DNA from: Octopus bimaculoides
Taxonomy: Eukaryota
Length of the DNA: 64,000 nt
Reading direction: 5' to 3'
Assembly (NCBI RefSeq): GCF_001194135.2
Contig: NC_068982.1
Span: forward strand, 14,798,525 to 14,862,524
Below the pieces are notes generated by a model, which was not told where the DNA came from, did no database searches, and was given only the letters and a program-made list of their open reading frames with translations. Of this stretch, positions 54,471 through 64,000 are shown one piece after another (position 1 is the first letter of the stretch; every line of letters begins with the position of its first letter). Made by a program: the position numbers and the translations under genes.

Positions 54471-55106
54471 TTGAAAATAGCATCCCTTCACCGAAATCAA
54501 AGCGAACCAAACTGAATCAAATCAACTCCTTCTCTCAAAAAAGGAGCGACCTTGTCAACAGAAATAAATATTTAGTTGAAAGACTTCAAACATTTTGTGT
54601 ATAGAATACAACATCCTACCATTTGTGAATTGTTTCATTTCATGTCTAGCACTTAGCACTTAATACATCAGATTACCGATACTTCTGACTGTAGTATGAC
54701 CTGAAATAACTGGGTAGCAAGGGACGGGACTACCTCTTGTAATTAACTTCATTTCAAATCTAGCTTGGTACTAAGAGTTGAAAGCAATTTGTTTCATGTA
54801 CTGTCAGCCAATCCCCTGCTCCACACCAGCTGCGTTATTTCCCACGACAAAACATGTCATTTGTCAAAATCACTGTTATTAATTGAACGTTCATTCACAT
54901 CTTTCTAGCTTTTCTACTGAATTATTACTTTCCTTCTCAACAGCCTGGAACAGTTTATGTCCTGGTTGGTTGCATTTGACTTACCGATCGTACTACTTGT
55001 TATTTTCCAGCTCTTTATCTTTATGGTTCAATGGTTCTGGACTAATTCTACTCTATAGAATGTTCATATACATGTTCATACTTATATGCATGTGCATCCC
55101 CAACTA

Positions 55107-55168
<62 letters not shown>

Positions 55169-55391
55169 NNNNNNNNNNNNNNNNNNNNNNNNNNNNNNNN
55201 NNNNNNNNNNNNNNNNNNNNNNNNNNNNNNNNNNNNNNNNNNNNNNNNNNNNNNNNNNNNNNNNNNNNNNNNNNNNNNNNNNNNNNNNNNNNNNNNNNNN
55301 NNNNNNNNNNNNNNNNNNNNNNNNNNNNNNNNNNNNNNNNNNNNNNNNNNNNNNNNNNNNNNNNNNNNNNNNNNNNNNNNNNNNNNNNNNN

Positions 55392-55422
<31 letters not shown>

Positions 55423-58069
55423 TGTATGCGTATATATATATTTGTATATATGTATGTGCTTGTGTGTGTGTGTGTTTTCATTATCTACCTTTGTGAAACT
55501 ATAATAATGTGAGATTTCTTCTCCGGTTTAATAAGAAATTATTTAGAATTAAAAGACATTGACATTATAAGTATATAATGTTCTCTATCAAAATGGTGAT
55601 GATGGCTCAGCACCAGGCTAAAGGCATTTCAGTTGTTTTTGTTCCAGTCATCAACATTCTGATTTCAAATTTTGCCAGGCTTAATTTAACTCTTGACTAA
55701 CCCCTTTTGAGCAGACCTAAAACCTAAAATCAAAGCATTTCTACTATGACCATCCCATATTTTTACATTCTGAGTTCAAATTTCACCGACGCTGACTTTT
55801 CCTTTCATCCTTTTGGACAATAAAATAAGTCACAGGAAAGAAGTTAACCTCAGCGGAATTTGAACTCAAAACATAAAGACAGATGAAATGCTTCTGAGGA
55901 TTTTGCCCAGATTGCTAAATATATCTGCAAGCTTGACACCCTATTCCAGCTATAAATATTGGTTTCAAATTTTGGCACAAGACCAGTAAGTTCAGAGGAA
56001 GGGGTAAGTTGATTACATCGACCCCCAGTGCTCAACTGGTACTTATTCTATTGACCTGGAATGATGAATGACAAAGCCAACCTCAGCAGGATTTGAACTA
56101 AGAATATAAAGACAGACAAAATGCTTAAGCATTTTGTCTGGCATACTAATAATTCTGCCAGCTTGTCGCTCTAAGTAATTATAATAATAATAATAATCTT
56201 TTCTACTATAGGCACAAGGCCTGGATTTTGTGGGGAAGAGGGACAGTCAATCACATCGACCTCTGTGTTTCACTGGTACTTAATTTATCAACCCTGAAAG
56301 GATGAAAGGTAAAGTCGACCTTGGCAGAATTTGAACTCAGAATGTAAAGACAGACGAAATACCGCTAAGCATTTTGCCTGGCATGCTAACAATTCTGCCA
56401 GCTCGCCACCTTAATTATAATAATAATGATGATTAGTAATATTAACACTGATCAAAGAAATATTTTATCTGTCATAGTTTCTCCATTTCGTCTTTAAAAC
56501 TGAGAACATTCTCTGACTGACTAATGTTTATGAGCACTTCCAGTTATGTCTTATTTTCTCTTGTTTACTATTTAATAACTTTTATTTTATTTTTTTCTTC
56601 CTTTCATTTTTATTTACATATCTACAAGTCTATTCTTTTCATTATATTAATCTTTTATCTCATCATATTGATCTTAGGCTTAATATGCTTTCATTGAACT
56701 CATTTATCATAATGATACTTGAAGCAATACTCCAGTTGCATATCTGCAGCAAATGCACCTTATTGCACTTAGTTCTATGGTTTCTTTCTTTTCTTTTTCT
56801 GTGTGTATGTGAATGTGTGTGCGCATGTGTGTCTAATTACTTTCTTTAACTACACATTGTTCTGCCTTGATCTTTCAGTTTTTTCCTATCATAGCATCTA
56901 ATCTTCATTTTGCTAGCTCTGGCAATCTCTAGTTTAGAATTAATTACATTAACTTATAGTTAGTAAAACAGTTATTTTTTTCCTTCCGTTCTCTTCCTTT
57001 GTTTTCAGTATTTCATTCACATTCATGCTAACACAGATGGTATCTTCACTTTTACATGTCCTTCAAATTTGAACTCGTATATATTGTTAGAGTTGTTTTT
57101 TTACTTCTCAGTACCTTTCCCACATCAAATATGAAAAATCCTTAAATGGGATCTAATGTTAGTAAGCCAAATAAAAAAAAAAGCTAGTGGTATTTTGTCA
57201 TAACCAGTACACTCCATAAACTCTATACATGCAACCATTTTACCTCATATTCATGTAGATCCTATCATGCCAAATACCAGTTTATTCTGATTGGAATTGT
57301 TGATTCAATTATTAATGTATAAAAGACTTTTGTATCTTTAGTGTCATAGCAGCTGCACGTTGTTCTAAAGTAAAGGCAATCTGGTAAAGGCCATTTATTT
57401 CTAGGTTATGATGGGACTCAGCACTGCAAACTCATAAAACCCCAGTGCTGAGGTGTTGAATAATACTTATTTATAGACAAGTAACTATGTATTAAATATT
57501 CTTAACCTTTAGACACTGTACAGTAATTACAATGGACATTGAGCTATCAACCTTTCAACTCGTAAGCCAAAACCTCGTAAACTTAGCCTGGTGAATGTCT
57601 CACTGTAAAGTATGAGCTTATCATTTAAATATGTTATAAATCATATGTTGCTCTAGTGGGCACTTGTCGGCTGATTAGAGGTCGACAAACTGTGAAATAT
57701 ATCAAAACAACTTCCTTTGTTTTTCTGTGTATGAAGAGAGTAACAAAATGTATTCAGACGTATTTAATTTAGATACTAACTCGCTTAAGACTGCTCCTGG
57801 TTCTACGATACAAAACTTCCTGTTTTAAAATGATCTCAATTAAAAACTTCAATCAAAATTTTGTGTTGAGTTTTGTTGCAAACTTCAGCTGAAATAATGA
57901 CGAAGCTATTTTACTAAATTCTTCATTGTTTGCAAAAAGAATTGAAACAGAGATAGTGTGTTTCAACAGAAATATGGTAACGAAAAGGTTAAAGCTCACA
58001 ACTAAAGACTTTAAAACTGTGGTATTCTGACTTCTTTAAATTATCTTAGGTCTTCTAATACACTCCCTG

Positions 58070-58072
<3 letters not shown>

Positions 58073-58107
<35 letters not shown>

Positions 58108-59397
58108 GTTTAACGTCCGCTTTCCATGCTAGCTTGGGTTGGACGATTTGACTGAGGACTGGTGAAACCGGATGGCAACACCAGGCTCCAGTCTGATTTG
58201 GCAGAGTTTCTACAGCTGGATGCCCTTCCTAACGCCAACCACTCAGAGAGTGTAGTGGGTGCTTTTACGTGTNNNNNNNNNNNNNNNNNNNNNNNNNNNN
58301 NNNNNNNNNNNNNNNNNNNNNNNNNNNNNNNNNNNNNNNNNNNNNNNNNNNNNNNNNNNNNNNNNNNNNNNNNNNNNNNNNNNNNNNNNNNNNNNNNNNN
58401 NNNNNNNNNNNNNNNNNNNNNNNNNNNNNNNNNNNNNNNNNNNNNNNNNNNNNNNNNNNNNNNNNNNNNNNNNNNNNNNNNNNNNNNNNNNNNNNNNNNN
58501 NNNNNNNNNNNNNNNNNNNNNNNNNNNNNNNNNNNNNNNNNNNNNNNNNNNNNNNNNNNNNNNNNNNNNNNNNNNNNNNNNNNNNNNNNNNNNNNNNNNN
58601 NNNNNNNNNNNNNNNNNNNNNNNNNNNNNNNNNNNNNNNNNNNNNNNNNNNNNNNNNNNNNNNNNNNNNNNNNNNNNNNNNNNNNNNNNNNNNNNNNNNN
58701 NNNNNNNNNNNNNNNNNNNNNNNNNNNNNNNNNNNNNNNNNNNNNNNNNNNNNNNNNNNNNNNNNNNNNNNNNNNNNNNNNNNNNNNNNNNNNNNNNNNN
58801 NNNNNNNNNNNNNNNNNNNNNNNNNNNNNNNNNNNNNNNNNNNNNNNNNNNNNNNNNNNNNNNNNNNNNNNNNNNNNNNNNNNNNNNNNNNNNNNNNNNN
58901 NNNNNNNNNNNNNNNNNNNNNNNNNNNNNNNNNNNNNNNNNNNNNNNNNNNNNNNNNNNNNNNNNNNNNNNNNNNNNNNNNNNNNNNNNNNNNNNNNNNN
59001 NNNNNNNNNNTAGCAGCTACACTTTCAGCGCACCCACCCCCACTACTAACTTGGTCGCCCAGATAGCGGAAGCTATCGACTACCTCTAGTTTTTCACCCT
59101 GGAATGAGATAGAAGTTGTTTCCTGTTTGTTTGCAGTCTTTATTGCACCTGAACATCTGCCACAAACAAAAACTAACTTGCTAGTTAACCTGCCTTTGAT
59201 GTTGCTGCACCTCTTATGTGTCCATAGCTTGCACCGGGTACATCTTATAGAGTTACTACCTACTCCTTTTCTACATACTGAGCAGGGCCATCTACCTGAA
59301 GGGGTTTGTGTTTTATCTACCTTCCTACTTATTAGGATTTGGGTTTTAGCTAGGTTGACTCTAAGGCCCTTCAATTCTAGACCTTGCTTCCACACCT
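58073..59397 (-). mobile_element. 5'-truncated RTE-clade LINE: RT C-terminal part, gap, 3' UTR and (ATG)n tail
   Basis: Open frame GLELKGLRVNLAKT...LEVVDSFRYLGDQVSSGGG; 3' UTR ends ...ggaaagcggacgttaaacgatgatgatg. N-gap 58273-59010. Confidence 0.85.
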
Positions 59398-59513
59398 GAA
59401 ACTTCTCCTCTAGGTGTTGTGCATAAATACTTATTCTCTAATGATGGTATTGACAAATATGTGACATGAAAATTAGTTTAGTTATTTCAGTGAAGCTCTA
59501 GTTTTGTGTTTAA

Positions 59514-59735
59514 CCCTTTTGATACCAACCCGCCTGAAACCGCCTCTGGTTCTGTAGTACAAATGTCTTGTTTTCATAAGTTTTGAATTAAGATCTTCCA
59601 CCAAACCTTAGCCACAATTTATGTTCCTAACACCAGCTTAATGATAACTGAGATATTTTACTAAATTCTTTGTTATATTTAAAATTAATTGAAAGAAACA
59701 CAGAGCATCTCAACAGAAATATGGTAACAAAAGGG
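59514..59735. mobile_element. piggyBac-type MITE
   Basis: TTAA-CCCTTTTGATACCA...TGGTAACAAAAGGG-TTAA. Older relatives at ~42843-43275 (split by a SINE), ~44701-44835, ~57775-57990, and a truncated end at 59754. Confidence 0.8.
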
Positions 59736-60923
59736 TTAACAAATGATTAATCTAACCCTTTTGATACCGACCCACCTGAAACCATCCTTTTGGACGATAA
59801 AATAAGTCACAGGAAAGAAGTTAACCTCAGTGGAATTTGAACTCAAAACATAAAGACAGATGAAATGCTTCTGAGGATTTTGCTCAGATTGCTAAATAAA
59901 TCTGCCAGCTTGACACCCTATTCCAGCTATAAATATTGGTTTCAAATTTTGGCACAAGACCAGTAAGTTCAGAGGAGGGAGTAAGTTGATTACATCGACC
60001 CCCAGTGCTCAACTGGTACTTATTTTATCTACCCCAAAAGAATGAAAGGCAAAGTCGACCTTGGCAGAATTTGAACTCAGAACAGATAAAATGCCACTAA
60101 GCATTTTGTCTAGTGTGCTAACAACCCTGCCAGCTCACCACCGTATTCCAGCTATGAATACTGAAAATAATTTACAAGGAAAACATTCTACTCATACAAT
60201 AGGCAAGAAATTAAATTTGATAATATAGTTTTCAGTTGTTCACCAATTTGTAATTATTTTCTTTTGGTTCTCTGAGTCGTTAGTAAGGAGCAGCACAAAT
60301 AATAAAGATGCAAAAAATGCACATTAGTGAATGTATGTATCAAGTGTTATAGTGTATGGGTGATCGATTTTAATCTGTTCTATTTCCTACTGATGTTTAC
60401 TAATATCTTCTTGGGAAAATAATGAGAAACTTTGCCATTGTATTTAGCAAAAATCTGTTAAGAGAAAAAATCTGGTTTTATATATCAGAGGATATTTGTA
60501 AACTGAGATTATAATGGAATAAATTTATTGATAAATATCAAGATTTACATCTAAGAATAACATTTTCAGCACTTGTGTTAAACATTAATGGTTAATATTT
60601 TAAAGTAAAATTTTATTTTCATTTTATGAGATCATTTTAAGAATTGATGTTTGGAATAACATGTTGTTTAGGTTTCCCTTATCAAGCCTGATTGAGTAAA
60701 CCTATAATCAAAGAATCCCTTCTTAGTTTCAGAATATACAACCAAGACTGTTATCCAAATTATGTCCCTCATTTTTTTAAGATGGTAAGGTATGGTTTGA
60801 AAGCATACTGGCTACTGTTTCTAAAATGGAAACTGGCCATGAGGAGGCTCTCTCGTAAGCTCTAGACAATGTTTACATGCTGCACAAATACTCTGACTGA
60901 GAAAAATGTTATACTTCACAACA

Positions 60924-61301
60924 GTGGAGGCACAATGGCCCAGTGGTTAGGGCAGTGGACTCATGGTCATAGGATCGCGGTTTCAATTCCCAGACCGGGC
61001 GTTGGGAGTATTTATTGAGCGAAAACACCTAAAGCTCCACGAGGCTTTGGCAGGGAGTGGTGGGGAACCCTGCTGTATTCTTCCACCACAACTTTCTCTC
61101 ACTCTTTCTTCCTGTTTCTGTTGTACCTGTATTTCAAAGGGCCAGCCTTGTTGCACTCTGTGTCACACTGAATCTCCCCAAGAACTACGTTAAGGGTACA
61201 CATGTCTGTGGAGTGCTCAGCCACTTCATGTTAATTTCACAAGCAAGCTGTTCCGTTGATCGGATCAACTGGAATCCTTGTTGTCATAACCGATGGAGTG
61301 C
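60924..61301 (+). mobile_element. SINE family C, full length
   Basis: Same sequence family as 35231; 12-bp TSD tacttcacaaca at 60912-60923 and 61302-61313. A partial copy lies at 53777-53950(-). Confidence 0.85.
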
Positions 61302-61861
61302 TACTTCACAACAAATGCAAACAGCTTGAAAATACAAATGAGGACCGTATTTGACCCTGTGAAGATGAATGGCAAAGTCAACCTCAGCAGGATTTGAACT
61401 CAGTATGTAAAAACATGAAATACCTCTTAGCATTTTGCCCAACATGCTTACAATTCTACCAGTTCACTGTCTTGGTAATTATAATAATAATCAAAAAGGC
61501 CTTGAAAATTCGGGGTGAAGGGGGCTAGTCAATTACATCGACCCCAGTGTGTAACTGGTACTTATTTCATCAACCCCAAAAGGATGAAAGACAAAGTTGA
61601 CCTCAGTGGAATTTGAACTCAGAACGTAGTGGCAGATGAAATACCACTAAGCATTTCACCTGGCATGCTAACGATTCAGCCAGCTTACTCCCCTCAGTAA
61701 TTATAATAATAGTAATGGTTTCAAATTTTAGCACAAGGCCAGCAGTTTCCAAGGGGGAGTAAGTCAATTACATTGATCCCATTGCTTAACTGACACTTAT
61801 TTCATTTCTGTATTTCTCACTGTTTCTCACTAGAATTTCAAATTGAATAAAAATATTTTTG

Positions 61862-62098
61862 AAACCCATCCATCTGTTTTCGCCATCCACTGTTCCTGAG
61901 AGAGTGATGGGGTGGTCTTCAGGCACCTCCTCCATAAGGTCCTCTCAGAAACAACTGTTATTAAACTTTCCGACTGGATTTGCAAGTCTGACCAACGGAG
62001 GCTATGGGTATTATCCAACCATCTTGCCCATGGTCGACCCCTAGGCCTCCTACAAGTTGGTTAAGCTTGAAGAATTTGTCTTGTGATCCTTTCCTGTA
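61862..62098 (-). mobile_element. 3' end of a second RTE family (Expander-like) with GATG tail
   Basis: ERITRQILQA*PTCRRPRGRPWARWLDNTHSLRWSDLQIQ..ERTLWRRCL followed by acagatggatggg. Confidence 0.7.
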
Positions 62099-64000
62099 AC
62101 ATTTTAACCACATATCCATAGAACCAGACATTTCAAAATATTCTTTTTAAATATATCATGAATAGGGGACAGAGAAAATAGCCCTGACATTATTCTTCAG
62201 TTTTGAACAGTTAACATGGCTAGTGGAGAACAGAAATGGTAGAATTTTGGATGAATATCCTGAGGCATTTCGTTTACATCACTTTACATTCTGATTTCAA
62301 ATTCTGGCTAAACTGGCTTTACCCTTTGTCCTTCAGAGGTCAATAGAATAGGTGCCAATCAAACACTACATGGTCAGTCAAAAGTGTAGCTAGAATATGT
62401 GTCACCTGAGTTTGCAGCCTCCCCTCCATCTTCAGGACTGATACAACTTGTACAGGCTTATACAGCAGACCCAAAAGTACCACTCAGGGTGGACTGCTCC
62501 CATCCCCTAGTTATGCTACTGTGCCCTTAAAGATGATGTCCCTGTCATAGCTACTGAACAATGATCTAAACTAATAAAAAAAAAAAAAAGATTAAAGATA
62601 TACCTTTCCTGTCTTCACTGATCAGATATGGCTGCTAATGTTGGAAATAATGATAATCATCATCATCATTGTCATTTAACGTCTGCTTTCCATGCTGGCA
62701 TGGGTTGGACAGTTTGACTGAGAACTGGTAAGCCAGAAGGCTGTACGAGGCTCCAATCTGATCTGGCAAGGTTTCTACAGCTGGATGCTCTTCCTAATGC
62801 CAACCACTCCGAGAGTGTAGTGGGTGCTTTTTACATGACACCGGCATGAGGGCCAGTCAGGCAGTCCTGGCATCGACCATGCTTGAATGGTGCTTTTTAC
62901 ATGCCACTGGCATGGGGGCCAGTCAGGCGAAGAAGAGTGCATCATCAACTGATCACATGCAACCACCTTAAGACATATACAGAGCAGATCTGGTCCTTAA
63001 CTAACTTCAACAAATAGCAATAAATTAATCCTCAGTTTGCTGCAGTAACTGGATGATTAATAGTGTATATACATTCAGTATGATACATAGATGGTTATTT
63101 TATTGTAATACTGCCTTGATTACATTTATCAGATTTCCATTCAGCTGGGAAACTTTGCAGTACTAGTGGACACTTTATTCAGTGTTTCTTATATCAGAGG
63201 CAATGAATTCTCATCTAAGCATGTGTCTGGCTGCAAGTACACATCATAGAAAATGCCCCAAATGATTTATTCATGATGTGCTCACTAGCCACTACTGGAC
63301 AGTTATTGTCTTCCTCTGATATTTATTGTTTTTAACTCAGTATGTCCACAAGAGATGTTATCTCTGAATGAATACTGCAGTAACTGGCCTATCAATGGTG
63401 TATATCACACGTAGATGGCTAGATTAATTAATATCTTGTCTTCAATTTAATTTGGAAAGAGTAGTGATATATTGTATACCCATCCAGTTCATATTAAAAT
63501 ATAAATGGTAACAATGACCATGACAACAAAGGTAATATTTTGTTTATAAATTCTTTTGTTGTATGTTTTCATATTTTAATATAAATATGTATAATAATAA
63601 TAATAATCTTTATAAACAAACTGCTCCATAAAATTCAATAAATTAATTGCTAAGTTAACATTGAAGATATTTGTATAAGAATATTGATTTCTTTTGAAAT
63701 AAAGCTAGTTTGTTTTTCTTTTTATTTGAGAGAGAGAGAGTGGGGGTGAATAGTTAATTGAATTAACGAACATGCATGAAAGGCTCTGCTATTGTAAGAC
63801 CTGAACACAGAATATTAAGTGACAAAATTAAATTCTGCAAGCTGTGCTCTACTGTTTCTTCCAATGAAACGCATCAAAAGCTATCGAGCCTGCTAAGGAG
63901 TCATTACATAGCTAGAAATACTAGCCACATTTCTCTCAGATCACATCTTCTTGTCTCAAAAAAAAAAAAAAAAGACAATAGACACAGCTGGAACATATCT

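Larger units (their letters stand above)
55806..60024. repeat. ~240-bp direct duplication (55806-56047, 59783-60024) of a composite SINE junction
   Basis: Both copies share the non-consensus junctions gtcacaggaaagaagtt and gacaccctattccagctataaat; only a handful of mismatches. Confidence 0.85.

Noticed and set aside
8522-59089. Long ORF-track entries made of X or of YI/TH/CV/ER repeats
   Set aside because: They are artefacts of N-gaps and microsatellites.
60924-61000. tRNA-like sequence
   Set aside because: It is a SINE head continuing into a SINE body with a TSD, not a tRNA gene.

Overview
AT-rich, repeat-dense eukaryotic draft-assembly DNA with nine N-gaps, mostly beside (TA)n/(CA)n microsatellites. 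The SINE families suggest a cephalopod, probably Octopus (inference). Only one host coding exon is recognisable: the first coding exon of a ZIP13/SLC39A13-like zinc transporter (+, 23730-24192). No later exon was found, so the remaining ~40 kb is probably intron. The rest is mobile DNA: three tRNA-derived SINE families; LINE fragments of RTE (two families), Tx1/L1, CR1/L2-like and CRE-like types; and MITEs of Merlin-like, piggyBac, Tc1/mariner, hAT and Kolobok-like types. Main finds: (1) several minimal hammerhead-ribozyme motifs of the Penelope-associated type next to microsatellites, including a canonical copy at 18836-18879 and an inverted pair with a compensatory U3:A8 core in a 385-bp foldback; (2) GG-ended MITEs with 8-9-bp TSDs that carry telomere-like TTAGGG cores; (3) an RTE reverse transcriptase with a C4HC3 PHD-type finger inserted inside the RT domain. 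All analysis was by eye; no searches or folding programs were run.
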